IMG/VR virus record: IMGVR_UViG_3300046777_001387
Location: 1-64,000 of that record
Strand: one strand, 5' to 3'
DNA: 64,000 nt
Origin: a virus
Shown here: in pieces, positions 16,719-27,505 of the stretch
Numbering within the stretch: the first letter of the stretch is position 1
Layout: the number at the start of each line of letters is the position of its first letter
Notes under the pieces: generated by a model
The model's database searches: none
What the model saw: the letters and a program-made list of their open reading frames with translations, nothing else
What the model was told of the DNA's origin: nothing
Made by a program: the position numbers and the translations under genes

Positions 16719-16721
16719 TAA

Positions 16722-17408
16722 ATGGCTGGTTATTTCAAAAATTTCCCAGGTATTGCATACACCTTTTCGGATAATAATGCAGAAAATGTCCAGATTGTTA
16801 CAAACATTTTGGCGCGGTCTAATTTCTTAAAAGAAATCTCCGAAAACACTGCCATCTATTATACCTATCAGATCAAGGATACCGACACGCCGGAAATCAT
16901 TGCTGACAAGCTTTATAACGATCCACAGAGACACTGGATCGTACTGCTGTTCAATAAAATTCACGATCCGTTCTACCAATTCCCCATGCGCCAATCGGTG
17001 CTGGATAAGTATATTCCGAAGAAGTATAACCAGAGCCTGAGCCAGTCTCAGTCCACCATTCATCACTATGAGATGAGAATTAATAAAGTGACCACGCTGA
17101 ATTCTTCTATCGTAGAAAGAAGCGTGGACTATTACACAGTGAATGAGAATCAGGTTAACTTCCAGACGGGACAGATTATCCCTCGTGCCTCGCTGCCGGG
17201 AACTGCCGACTCGGAAGTGCAACAGTCGGTAGAAACCATTGCGCTGCCCGGAAACCTAGTCTGTAATATCACCACGACTATTCGTGCAGTTTCAAACTAT
17301 ACATACGAAGTCGAACAGAATGAAAAGCGTCGCACAATCAAGCTGCTAGATAAGCAATACATCCCCCAAGTCGAACAAGAATTCAGGTTATTGATGCAAA
17401 ATGGCTAG
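16722..17408 (+). CDS. 53: Baseplate wedge gp53
   Basis: YFKNFP; DTPEIIADKLY...HWIVLLFN; YEVEQNEKRRTIKLL. Confidence 0.9.
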   Translation: MAGYFKNFPGIAYTFSDNNAENVQIVTNILARSNFLKEISENTAIYYTYQIKDTDTPEIIADKLYNDPQRHWIVLLFNKIHDPFYQFPMRQSVLDKYIPKKYNQSLSQSQSTIHHYEMRINKVTTLNSSIVERSVDYYTVNENQVNFQTGQIIPRASLPGTADSEVQQSVETIALPGNLVCNITTTIRAVSNYTYEVEQNEKRRTIKLLDKQYIPQVEQEFRLLMQNG

Positions 17409-18702
17409 TGAATTAACTGATGGCGTATTTGGAACCAAAGACTATGAGATCAATAAACTCATTCTTTTCAGTTCCACCGGAGAATCTATCGACCTGAGAG
17501 CTGTGTTTCTTGAAATGCAGATCTTCCAGGATATATTCTCATCGGTTATGAATGGGAATATCGTTATTTCCGACGGTAATGATCTGTTCAATTCGTTCAG
17601 TATGTGTGGTAACGAATACCTGCAAATCTCCATCGACAAGCCATCGCTTAAACGACCTCTGGAAAAGACTTTCCGAGTCTACAAAGTCACCGATCGCGAG
17701 CCACAAAGAAACTCTGCCCACGCCCAGAACTATATCATTCACTTTTGCTCGGAGGAGATGATTCTCTCCAACTCTACGAGAATCAGCAAAGCCTACCAAA
17801 GTAAGTCGCCCACGGATATTATCACCGACGTATTGCTGAACGATCTAAAGGTGCTTCCAAAGCGAATCGATCGTATCGAGCAGACCAGTGGAACGTATGA
17901 CTTTATTGTTCCGTACTATCGCCCGCTGGAGGTTATTCAGTGGGCAGTGGCGAGAGCGTATGATGTTTCGCCGAAGTTTTGCTACTTCTTCTACGAAAGC
18001 ACCACTGGTTATAACTTCCGCAGTCTGCAGGGACTATACCAGCAAAAGCCTCTGAAGAAGATCAAGTTCGAAGCAAAGAATATCGATGCCCCAGAACCTA
18101 CCAAGAACATCGACTCTATCGACAAATTCCGTATTATTAATGACTTCGACGTTATTACTTCTATCAGTAATGGATCGTATGCGTCGAGTCTTTTGGCAGT
18201 GGATATCTTCTCACAGACCCACAAGAACTATAACTACTCGATGCAAGGCGCAGAAAATAACCTGCTCAACAAGAAGAAGCAACTAAACTCTGCGGTGAAC
18301 GTTCTGGGTAATACCGCATTTAATTCGTTTAATTCCTACGCAACCACCTATCTAGAGATTAACGACACCAAATCAGAGAAGCAAAACTCTGTGGATAAGT
18401 GGATGTTGCCTCGAGCTCTGCATATGGCAGCGATCAATTCTTTCAGAATTGAGATTGTTATTCCGGGTGATATTCTTTACAGAGCCGGGGATATTGTAGA
18501 AATCGAGTTCCCAAAATTCGTTGCTCCAGATGAAACTGGAAAAACAATGGACGAATATAGAACCTGCAAATATCTTGTTTCTGCAGTAAATCACAAATTC
18601 ACACAGGAAGGTTTTGAGTCGGTTATGGAATTGGTGACGGATTCTTTCGGTAAGGATCTGCCTGCTCCAGCTAATCTGACAAGAATCGCATCGGGTAATT
18701 GA
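17401..18702 (+). CDS. Baseplate hub protein (gp27-like)
   Basis: IFQDIFS..MNG.I...D; GNEYL; YFFYE...GYNFRSL; PGD...AGD; YLVSAVNH; lies between 53 and 5. Confidence 0.7.
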   Translation: MASELTDGVFGTKDYEINKLILFSSTGESIDLRAVFLEMQIFQDIFSSVMNGNIVISDGNDLFNSFSMCGNEYLQISIDKPSLKRPLEKTFRVYKVTDREPQRNSAHAQNYIIHFCSEEMILSNSTRISKAYQSKSPTDIITDVLLNDLKVLPKRIDRIEQTSGTYDFIVPYYRPLEVIQWAVARAYDVSPKFCYFFYESTTGYNFRSLQGLYQQKPLKKIKFEAKNIDAPEPTKNIDSIDKFRIINDFDVITSISNGSYASSLLAVDIFSQTHKNYNYSMQGAENNLLNKKKQLNSAVNVLGNTAFNSFNSYATTYLEINDTKSEKQNSVDKWMLPRALHMAAINSFRIEIVIPGDILYRAGDIVEIEFPKFVAPDETGKTMDEYRTCKYLVSAVNHKFTQEGFESVMELVTDSFGKDLPAPANLTRIASGN

Positions 18703-18703
18703 T

Positions 18704-20644
18704 ATGGCAGGAATGAAGAATTTTATTGGTAAAGAGGGATTCGTCTGGTGGATTGGCGTGGTCGAAGACCGCAACGATCCCGAGTTCCTCGGCAGAGTGC
18801 GAGTTCGGTGCTTTGGTTGGCACAATGACGACAAGGCACTCCTGCCCACCGAAGCACTGCCTTGGGCACACCCAGTTCTACCGCCAAATTCCCCAGCCAC
18901 CTATACACCCAAAGAAGGTGACTATGTGCTGGGATTCTTTATGGACTCTGACAATGCTCAGAATCCAGTAATCCTTGGCGTCCTTCCCGGTAAACCTATT
19001 TCCAAGCCTGACTTTGAGAAAGGTTTCTCGGATCCAAGAAAAGACTTCGGCGCTGCGCCACAAAAAGAAACCTATCCGTTGGGCAGTCGCATTAATGAGC
19101 CCACGACCAGTCGTCTGGCTCGTAATAGACCCGACGGCACAGTGATTGAAAAGCGCAAGCGTTCGGTATTAAAGGGAGTGGCAACGGCAGGTGGTGCTAC
19201 GTGGGATGAACCCGATCCTCGCTACAATCCCACCTATCCATATAACTACGCACACGAGTCAGAGTCCGGTCACGCATTTGAACTCGACGATACCTTCGGC
19301 AACGAAAGAGTGCACCTCGCCCACAAAATGGGCACCTTTATGGAGTATGACAATACTGGTAGCAAGGTCGAGAAAGTTATCAAAGATAATTACTCCCTGA
19401 CTATTGGTAATGAATATATCTATGTGGAAGGCACTTGCAATATTACGGTTATTGGAAACTGTAATGTAAAGGTTGGTGGAAAGCTAAACGTAGAAGCTGC
19501 GTCGATTGATATGTCGGCAGCAGGCGACGTAAAGATCAAGGCAGGTGCGTCGCTGAAGCTAGAGTCCGGAAGCACCACAGATATTAAGTCTGGTGGTCCC
19601 GGAAAGTTCAGTTCTGGTGGTCCGATTAATCTAAAGGGCAGCACTGCCACTCTGGCTGGCTCTACGATTAACCTCGCAGGTAACGTCAGCAATAAGGTCA
19701 AGATTCCTCCCAAGACTGATAAACCGGGAGGTATTGGCAAGATTCTACCGAGTGGCTCGGGTTCTGACGCTGCAGCCACGGGTCTGCCAACTCCTTCCGC
19801 ACCAGCCACTGCCAATGGCTTCCGTATGGCACCGAATGGATCGTTGGTGGCTGCAGGGGCACCGGTTGTTTCCAGCTTCCGTTCGGCACTGGCAGCTTCC
19901 CCAGCGTTCAATGGAATCGACTTTGGAACGGTCAGTGGTTCGGTTGCCAGCGCTGCCGGTGGGCTGAATATAAACAGTATTGCTGGAGCAGGTATTGTGG
20001 GTGGCGTGGCTGGTATTGCACAAACTGTAACCACAGCAGCTTCGGATGCTCTAAGTTCGGTAATTCAGGGCAACAACTTCTTGGGTTCGCTGCAGGCATT
20101 GACTTCGCCGGGAGCAATTGCTTCGCTCCCAATTTCGATGTCTTCTGCGGTTTCTACAATTACCAATTCTCTGGGATCGATTTCTGGAAAGGATATTCTG
20201 GGAATCACTCAGTCAATTCCACAAATTTCTGGAATTGCAAAGTCGGCAATTGCAACCGCACAGATGACGCTGCAGAGAACCATTCCGTTCCTAGATTTGC
20301 AGACCTCGATGCTCGAGTTCGAGGATGTTATGAATGGTATTTCTGGATACATCCAGAATCTGGATATCGTGGACCAAGTGCTTATCCAGACCGGTTGCCA
20401 AGAGGTGGTGGATTTGGCACTCGCCAAGGAAGTGGTCGTCAGCCTTGTGGATACGCTACTACCACGCAGCGAAGATCGTCAGGAGTTCACCTACGAAACC
20501 GGCAAGCGTCTATATCCATCGACAGAAACCGTCGCCATTCCGGTTCCAGAAGAACCCGAACCATTCGTCGAACCAGTGCAGTCAACCCCAGTCGTGGAAG
20601 AATTGCCGCCTGAAGAACCACCAACCGATGAGTTGAGCGAATAA
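18704..20644 (+). CDS. 5: Baseplate hub/spike gp5 (no lysozyme domain; long C-terminal extension)
   Basis: FVWWIGVVEDRNDP..LGRVRVRCFGWH OB fold; YPYN...ESESGH..ELDDT..NERV...H; beta-helix repeats. Confidence 0.9.
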   Translation: MAGMKNFIGKEGFVWWIGVVEDRNDPEFLGRVRVRCFGWHNDDKALLPTEALPWAHPVLPPNSPATYTPKEGDYVLGFFMDSDNAQNPVILGVLPGKPISKPDFEKGFSDPRKDFGAAPQKETYPLGSRINEPTTSRLARNRPDGTVIEKRKRSVLKGVATAGGATWDEPDPRYNPTYPYNYAHESESGHAFELDDTFGNERVHLAHKMGTFMEYDNTGSKVEKVIKDNYSLTIGNEYIYVEGTCNITVIGNCNVKVGGKLNVEAASIDMSAAGDVKIKAGASLKLESGSTTDIKSGGPGKFSSGGPINLKGSTATLAGSTINLAGNVSNKVKIPPKTDKPGGIGKILPSGSGSDAAATGLPTPSAPATANGFRMAPNGSLVAAGAPVVSSFRSALAASPAFNGIDFGTVSGSVASAAGGLNINSIAGAGIVGGVAGIAQTVTTAASDALSSVIQGNNFLGSLQALTSPGAIASLPISMSSAVSTITNSLGSISGKDILGITQSIPQISGIAKSAIATAQMTLQRTIPFLDLQTSMLEFEDVMNGISGYIQNLDIVDQVLIQTGCQEVVDLALAKEVVVSLVDTLLPRSEDRQEFTYETGKRLYPSTETVAIPVPEEPEPFVEPVQSTPVVEELPPEEPPTDELSE

Positions 20645-20645
20645 T

Positions 20646-21764
20646 ATGGCTGAAGATAATCTATTAGCAGACAGTCTAGTGACGCTAGCCATGGGCGCTG
20701 CCAATGGCAATACAGGTCTGGAGCAAACTCTTTCCCAGATTTCCACCAATCCTCTGGGCACTGTGATTGCAGACCTAAAGTCGACCATTTCCTATTACAC
20801 GGCGAATAACTTTGCTGGACTAGACGTAGAGCTAGCGAGTATTGCGTCGAATCCTGCGATGAATACTGCCTATAACACTCTCAAGTCTGCACTGGGTGGA
20901 GGCGATGGATTGAGTGGTGCGGTGTCGTATTTGAATCGCTTTCAGGATCACACGGATCGTCTATCGGGAGTGGCACTCGCCAGCGACTCGCCATTCGCCA
21001 ATAACCAGAATGATTCCACCTCAGAGTACTCGACATTCTTTGGATTAGAAGCGAATTCTTTTACAAATATTATCTCCTTCCCTGCTAATAAGTATCGCTC
21101 GGGCAAGTATCTGGTGCAGGCTTCTGCCGACAAAGAACACCAGCTGACTGAGCTATATGTAATGCACGATAATAAAAACGTATTCCTGCGCGAAGTATTA
21201 ATGGTGATGACGCAGGATCCATTCGTGGTCTTTACGGGAACGCTGGTGGATAATACAGTTAGAGTTTTGGCAAACACCGCATACAGCAATACGGATATGG
21301 TGGTGGATGGCACTAGGCTGCAGATTGCCACCAAGGCAAAGTCCTCGGCACAGATTTCCCAGAAGAAGATTCTCGAGCAAGCAGCAGCCATGCGTGCTTA
21401 TGCACCGTCGAATAAAACCGACCACGTGGCAGCGCAGGCTGGGTCTATTCTAAAGGTGAGTCTGGTGGCGGATTTGTCGCAAAAGATTAAGGATATTGTT
21501 CCACTAATGCGCGACCCAAGCTTTGTTTCCTCTCAGGGAGGCGAGGCTGGTGCTCTTACATTTATGGCAAACACGATAAATACGATGTGTCTAGATTTAC
21601 AGAATTCTGTGGACAACGACATTGCCAGCTATGATAATATTGCTAAGCAAATCGAGGCACTAGAAGTTTTGTACATTCTCCAAACCCACTATGCAAACTC
21701 CAAATCTGTCGTAGAACTAACCACGACTTCCTCGGTAAAGGGCGACCTAAAGAAAGATGGCTGA
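20646..21764 (+). CDS. Hypothetical virion protein
   Basis: Contains a YRSGKYLVQA...ELYVMHD segment resembling T4-like structural domains; in the baseplate operon. Confidence 0.55.
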   Translation: MAEDNLLADSLVTLAMGAANGNTGLEQTLSQISTNPLGTVIADLKSTISYYTANNFAGLDVELASIASNPAMNTAYNTLKSALGGGDGLSGAVSYLNRFQDHTDRLSGVALASDSPFANNQNDSTSEYSTFFGLEANSFTNIISFPANKYRSGKYLVQASADKEHQLTELYVMHDNKNVFLREVLMVMTQDPFVVFTGTLVDNTVRVLANTAYSNTDMVVDGTRLQIATKAKSSAQISQKKILEQAAAMRAYAPSNKTDHVAAQAGSILKVSLVADLSQKIKDIVPLMRDPSFVSSQGGEAGALTFMANTINTMCLDLQNSVDNDIASYDNIAKQIEALEVLYILQTHYANSKSVVELTTTSSVKGDLKKDG

Positions 21765-22149
21765 GAGCACCAAAAAATATACCGATCTGGATCTGGAGTT
21801 TTTACCGCATCCAGTCACCGGTGACATCACCAAAAAGAAAGACGTCGCTGCAGTTATGACGTCGGTTCGCAACTTGTTGTTGACTTCGTTCTACGAGCGT
21901 CCATTCCAGCCTGCTATTGGATCGAATCTGAGAAGGATGCTCTTCGAACCAATTGATCGACTGACGTCGCTACAGATTCGCGACGAGATTAAGAATGTGG
22001 TGTCAAACTTCGAGCCTCGTGTAAATCTACAGGGTATTGTCGTAGACCCAGACTATGATCGCCAACGATATGACGTCACGTTGACCTTTTTTATTGTTTC
22101 CAATCCTGATCCAATTACGATCAATCTTTTTCTAGAAAGAGTAAGATAA
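21757..22149 (+). CDS. 25: Baseplate wedge gp25
   Basis: DLDL.F.PHPVTGD; SVRNLLLT..YERPFQP.IGS; FEPRV. Confidence 0.95.
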   Translation: MAESTKKYTDLDLEFLPHPVTGDITKKKDVAAVMTSVRNLLLTSFYERPFQPAIGSNLRRMLFEPIDRLTSLQIRDEIKNVVSNFEPRVNLQGIVVDPDYDRQRYDVTLTFFIVSNPDPITINLFLERVR

Positions 22150-22150
22150 A

Positions 22151-24214
22151 ATGGCAGATTCAGACGCAAAGCTAAAAATCGCTGAGCTCGACTTCGAGCA
22201 AATAAAGAATAACCTCAAGAATTATCTGAGGTCGCAGAACGAATTTAGCGATTACAACTTTGAAGGTTCTGGTATGGCAGTTCTGTTGGATCTGCTTGCC
22301 TACAATACTCACTACATGAGTTTCTACCTGAATATGGTCGCCAACGAGATGTTTATCGACACTGCGTTGACGCGTCCTTCGGTAGTTTCCCATGCCAAGC
22401 TTCTGGGTTATACACCGGGAAGCCGAGTGGCTTCGCAAGCCACAATTAATGTGGCATTCCAAGAAGTCAGTGGTGGCGCAAACTCGGCGATGACTCTGCC
22501 AAGATTCACTCGTTTCGTCACCTCGCCAAAAGACGGAAAGAGCTATGTGTTCGTCAACACGGAAACCCGAGTAGTTTCCAAGAACAATGCTGGATATTTT
22601 AACTTCGAAGGTGTCAAGCTAAAGGAAGGTCAGCCTGTCGGCTATACCTTTACTTACGATTCGACGAATAATCCAAAGCAGATTTTCGAGCTCCCCGATG
22701 CAGGAATCGATCTCGACACGCTAGTGGTTCAGGTGCAGCGATCCAACCAGAATGCCAATCTAGAGACGTTTGTATTGGCAGAGGACGCAACTGAGGTTCT
22801 TACTGATTCACCAGTTTATTACGTCGAGGAAAATAGAAATGGTAAGTACCAGATCTACTTCGGCGATGGAGTTATCGGTAAGCAGCTAGTGCAAGGCAAT
22901 ATTGTTATTGTGTCGTATATTGTAACCTCGGGCGATGCGGCGAATGGAATTCGAGTGTTTAGATTGGCAGATAATGTCAAGCCCGGATCCACACCCACTA
23001 TCACTCTGCTGACGGAATCCTCAGCGGGTCGACTCGAAGAAAGCATCGAGAATATCAAGTTCACTGCACCCAAGAGTTTTATCGCACAGAACCGTGCAGT
23101 TACCAAGAACGATTATATTGCAATGATCAATAAGAACTATCCATACTTCGACTCCGTCACCGTATGGGGTGGAGAAGAGGCAGTGCCTCCGGTTTATGGA
23201 AAGATTTTCTTCTCGGTCAAGCCACGCGGTAACTACGAAATCACAGAAACAGAAGTCGAGTATCTGAAAAACGATGTCATTCGCCCTGTTTCGGTGCTTA
23301 CGGTTACTCCAGAATACGTGCCTGCTGATTACAATTATCTAAACTTTGTTGTGGATGTTATGTACGATCCACGCAAGACAACGCTGACTGCGGGTGCAAT
23401 TCAAACTGCAGTGCGTAGTGCAATTGTTGGATTTGTGGATGAGAATCTAAACACTTTCAATAATACCTTTAAAGCTTCCAAGCTTATTCGTGCAATTGAC
23501 GATGCGGATCCATCGATCGAGAATAACTCTACAAAGATCTATATTGAGAAGCGTTTCCGTCCAGAACTAAACCAGTCCAAGAGCTATCGCCTAGACTTCT
23601 ACGTTCCCCTCAAGAAAGGAACCGCGCTGGACAGAGTTACTTCCTCGCCGTCGTTTGAGATTTACGACGAATTCAATGTTCTGCGTAATGCATTCATTGA
23701 GGAAGTTCCCCAGTCGTTCACCGGTATTGATGAGATCGAAGTGGTTACCACTGGCGATGGATACACTGACCTGCCAGAGATTATGATCGAAGGCGACGGA
23801 ACTGGTGCCAGTGCTGCACCGATTGTTGTCAACGGCAAGCTAAAGTCTATTGTGGTAACGAATCCGGGTGCTAATTATTCGGCAGCAATCGTTAGAATTT
23901 CTGGTGGTAATGGCACCGGAGCTACTGCAAGAGCAATTCTGCAAGGCAAGAAAGGCGCGCTGAGAATCTACTACTATGACTCCAACAATATCAAGCGTGT
24001 CATCAATAATAATGCCGGAACCATCTACTATAATCAGGGATATATCGAACTAAATAATTTCGCACCAGTAAGCGTCAAGGATCCATTCGGAACTATGGTC
24101 TTCAAGGCACAGCCGGAAACAAACGTGTTCTCAACCACTCGCAACGCCATTTTGACGGTTGATATTACGGATCCTGCTGCCATTGACATTCGAGTCGGCG
24201 CGGTAAGTTATTAA
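22151..24214 (+). CDS. 6: Baseplate wedge gp6
   Basis: ELDFEQIKNNLKNYL..Q.EFSDYNFEGSG...LLDLLAYNTHY; QNRAVT..DY; VWGGEE..PP.YGK. Confidence 0.95.
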   Translation: MADSDAKLKIAELDFEQIKNNLKNYLRSQNEFSDYNFEGSGMAVLLDLLAYNTHYMSFYLNMVANEMFIDTALTRPSVVSHAKLLGYTPGSRVASQATINVAFQEVSGGANSAMTLPRFTRFVTSPKDGKSYVFVNTETRVVSKNNAGYFNFEGVKLKEGQPVGYTFTYDSTNNPKQIFELPDAGIDLDTLVVQVQRSNQNANLETFVLAEDATEVLTDSPVYYVEENRNGKYQIYFGDGVIGKQLVQGNIVIVSYIVTSGDAANGIRVFRLADNVKPGSTPTITLLTESSAGRLEESIENIKFTAPKSFIAQNRAVTKNDYIAMINKNYPYFDSVTVWGGEEAVPPVYGKIFFSVKPRGNYEITETEVEYLKNDVIRPVSVLTVTPEYVPADYNYLNFVVDVMYDPRKTTLTAGAIQTAVRSAIVGFVDENLNTFNNTFKASKLIRAIDDADPSIENNSTKIYIEKRFRPELNQSKSYRLDFYVPLKKGTALDRVTSSPSFEIYDEFNVLRNAFIEEVPQSFTGIDEIEVVTTGDGYTDLPEIMIEGDGTGASAAPIVVNGKLKSIVVTNPGANYSAAIVRISGGNGTGATARAILQGKKGALRIYYYDSNNIKRVINNNAGTIYYNQGYIELNNFAPVSVKDPFGTMVFKAQPETNVFSTTRNAILTVDITDPAAIDIRVGAVSY

Positions 24215-24215
24215 T

Positions 24216-27200
24216 ATGTCCAGCGTAGAAAAAACAGTTTCGGCACTGATTGAAACTCAGCTGCCTGAGTTCGTTCGCTCAGGTAGCTCGAAGTTTCAAA
24301 GATTTCTCGAGCTCTACTACACGTGGCTAGAGAATAATGGTTCGTTCCAAGGCGTAGGCAATACCACCTATCAATTTGGCAATACTGTCTTCCATATACA
24401 AAACATCGACAAGTATCGCGATATTGATGAGACGCTAGACCCATTCATTCGCCTGTTCAAGCAGGAACTGCTCCCATACTTCCCCGAAAATACTTCGCTG
24501 GATCTGGTTAAGATTCTCAAAGGCGCAAGAGAGTTCTATGTAAAGAAGGGCAGCGAAGAATCCGTCAAGTGGCTGTTCCGAGTATTATTCGACGAAGACG
24601 TCCAGATCTATTATCCAAAGCGTCAGATTCTAATTGCTTCGGACGGAAAGTGGAAACTGCCACAGGCATTCCAGCTAACGCTAACGGGGCAAAATCTTTC
24701 CATTAACCCAAACCTGCTCGAGAAGCACAAGGGTATTGGATCTATTTCTACTGCTACTTGTATTATCGAGTCGGCAAACAAGACCATTGACAGCGTATTT
24801 GGAAATGAGATTCTAGAAATCTATGTATCGAATGTTAGCAAAGAATTCGAAAACGGCGAAAATCTAGAAATCGAATATACTGACGAATTTGGCATCGAAA
24901 GAAGTTTCTCTGAGAAAATCATCGGTGCAATTTCTGGTATTCGTATTGACTCCAACATCAAGACCGATCCACAGCAAAGACGCAGAGGCTTGACCTATAA
25001 CGTTGGCGATCCAGTGGTGGTGTTTGGCGGTCTCGACAGCACTCCGCTAGCCAACGATGCCGTTGCGGTGGTGGGTAACGTTACGGTTGGATCGATTGAA
25101 GGTCTAAACATTCTATTCCCCGGTTATGGTTATCGCACTTATTGGAATACTGAGTCGATTGTATATCGCTCGGAAACCGATGACCCTAACGCCAACCAGA
25201 GCACGGACATTCGTGCGGTTGCAGCCAATTACTCTGTAAACTCCAACAGCCAATTTAACTTCTCAGAATATATCAGCGTCGATATGATGCCGATTAATTA
25301 TCTGGAAGGCGTGGCGTTGAGTGCTACGGAATATTCCATCTTCACACAGAATAACAGAAACATCGTAATCAACGTCACCGAGACTAACTCGACGTTGAAA
25401 TATAATAACTTCGAAGACGTTTACGCTAACGGTGCGTCGTACGAAACTGCCAATTTCAGAGGAAAAATCCTCACCTCGAATAGCTCAGTTGGCTTTGGTG
25501 CAGGTGGCGTTGCTTGTACTGCGACTATTATTCTGTTTGCGGTTTCGAATACGGTTCCGTTGAACACGACTGGATTCCTCGTAAATCGTCCGTTGATCGG
25601 AGCGAATACGCTAAAGCAATTCACTGTCAACAGCATCACTAACTCGCAGCTGCCTGCTAATATCGATAGCCAGATCCAACAGACACAAAACTATCAATTA
25701 ATCCAGACTGGTGGCGTTTCGCTGTTCAATATTATCAACGGTGGATACGGATTCCGTACTGCTCCGACGGTTGATGTTAGCAGTTACTTCGACACGTATG
25801 AGTCGGAAAACTACGATTATGCTCAGCAAAGAGCACTGTGGACTTCTACTAGACAGCCTATGGGTGCATTTGGATATATTGCACACGTTTATGTCGATAA
25901 TCCCGGAATCGGCTATGCCAACGGCGATAGTATTGTGGTCAGCGACAGAGGCTACGGATTCACTGGTTATGTGAACGTAAACAGTGCTGGCGCTATCATG
26001 ACCACCACTATTACTAATCGTGGTGAGGGTTATTATGGACCCAAGACTGCTCGCGTTGTTTCGGCGACGGGCACCGGTGGAGCAGTTTCAGCTTACGGAT
26101 TCGGCGAAGGTCTCAGAACCGTAACGGTGACGGGTGCAATTGGAAGAATCTCGGACGTCAGAATGAAGTCCAGAGGTTTTGATTATATCTCGGCACCTCT
26201 AGTTTCCTTCAAGGTTGTTGATATTGTTATTGATCCAATCTTGGAAAATGAGACTCTGACCGAAGGCGAAAGAGTCTATCAGGGTGCGTCGCTGGTTAAC
26301 CCAATCTTCACTGGTATTGTGAAGGAATATAACCGCACCACTAACGTGCTTAGATTGTTTAATTACTCGGGTGCGTCGTTCGGTAACTTCAATGCCTCCA
26401 TTCCTTTCACCAGCGAAGGTGGCGTGAGCTTTACTGTTAATCTGACCGCCAGAGTTCCTGCTCCTACCGAATACCCAATCGCCACCCGTGCCAATGGACT
26501 ACCAAATCCATGGTTCTACGGAAACGGCAGAGCCAGAGGTATTGCTGAGTTCTATAACGGTTTGATTAAGTATCCCGGATTCTTTATCAATACCGACGGC
26601 TTCCTGAGTGCAGATAAAAAAACTCAGGACGGCAAGACCTACCACAATTATTCCTATGTGATTGAGTCTGAGAAGTCGTTGGTGGAATATCGAGCTTCGT
26701 TGCGTGATATTGTCCACCCAGCTGGCATGTCGATGCAAGCACGCACCACTTCCCAGTCAAGCATTGTGAATACGCCACAGGCGAATACGGTTATCTACTT
26801 GAACGCGCAGAACCCTGCTTCTTCGTTGATCAATGTGCAAAACTCCTACACGACAAGAGTCAACGGAGTTTCAACCGAGTTCAATACTGCTAACGTAGGT
26901 GACTTGCTGATCATTACAGATACCACTAATCCGCTGCGTAGCCAAGTCAAGACTATTAAGACCATCGAGAGCGCAACCACGCTGAATGTCGATAGCAACT
27001 TTATCTACGTCGGTCAGGGTAGATTGACGCTGACTAACGGCAGTTCGCAGTATAGAATTACTGGAAACTCCAATAATATCTTTGAGTTCCTGCAAATCGG
27101 CGATCAGGTTCTGTATAATATTGCTGTGGCTAATGTGTTCTCTGCACAGACCGGTACCGTTGCAGTTACTTCGGGATCGGCTCTAGTTACTGGAACAGGC

Positions 27201-27503
27201 AGCGCGTTCAATACTCAATTGGCAGCGAATGATATTATTCGCATAAATAATCAAGTCAAGAAGGTTGTCAACATCGCTTCTGCGACAATACTGAACGTCA
27301 ATTCAGCCTTTACCGCAACCAACACCGGAATCCAAATTCAGAAGCTTGCAACCATAATTCGCGCTAATGTGACCGGTGTGATTGCTGATTATATCAACAC
27401 CGACGCTAGCGCAATTGCAAATGCCAATAATCTGGTATATAAAGTGAACCCAGATTATAAGAGCGTAAACTATGATTACGAAATCATCACTGTAACGGAA
27501 TAA
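24216..27503 (+). CDS. 7: Baseplate wedge initiator, gp7-like
   Basis: QLPEFV; EFY.KKGSEES...LFR.LF; YHNYSYVIES; VHPAGM; lies between 6 and 8. Confidence 0.8.
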   Translation: MSSVEKTVSALIETQLPEFVRSGSSKFQRFLELYYTWLENNGSFQGVGNTTYQFGNTVFHIQNIDKYRDIDETLDPFIRLFKQELLPYFPENTSLDLVKILKGAREFYVKKGSEESVKWLFRVLFDEDVQIYYPKRQILIASDGKWKLPQAFQLTLTGQNLSINPNLLEKHKGIGSISTATCIIESANKTIDSVFGNEILEIYVSNVSKEFENGENLEIEYTDEFGIERSFSEKIIGAISGIRIDSNIKTDPQQRRRGLTYNVGDPVVVFGGLDSTPLANDAVAVVGNVTVGSIEGLNILFPGYGYRTYWNTESIVYRSETDDPNANQSTDIRAVAANYSVNSNSQFNFSEYISVDMMPINYLEGVALSATEYSIFTQNNRNIVINVTETNSTLKYNNFEDVYANGASYETANFRGKILTSNSSVGFGAGGVACTATIILFAVSNTVPLNTTGFLVNRPLIGANTLKQFTVNSITNSQLPANIDSQIQQTQNYQLIQTGGVSLFNIINGGYGFRTAPTVDVSSYFDTYESENYDYAQQRALWTSTRQPMGAFGYIAHVYVDNPGIGYANGDSIVVSDRGYGFTGYVNVNSAGAIMTTTITNRGEGYYGPKTARVVSATGTGGAVSAYGFGEGLRTVTVTGAIGRISDVRMKSRGFDYISAPLVSFKVVDIVIDPILENETLTEGERVYQGASLVNPIFTGIVKEYNRTTNVLRLFNYSGASFGNFNASIPFTSEGGVSFTVNLTARVPAPTEYPIATRANGLPNPWFYGNGRARGIAEFYNGLIKYPGFFINTDGFLSADKKTQDGKTYHNYSYVIESEKSLVEYRASLRDIVHPAGMSMQARTTSQSSIVNTPQANTVIYLNAQNPASSLINVQNSYTTRVNGVSTEFNTANVGDLLIITDTTNPLRSQVKTIKTIESATTLNVDSNFIYVGQGRLTLTNGSSQYRITGNSNNIFEFLQIGDQVLYNIAVANVFSAQTGTVAVTSGSALVTGTGSAFNTQLAANDIIRINNQVKKVVNIASATILNVNSAFTATNTGIQIQKLATIIRANVTGVIADYINTDASAIANANNLVYKVNPDYKSVNYDYEIITVTE

Positions 27504-27505
27504 AC

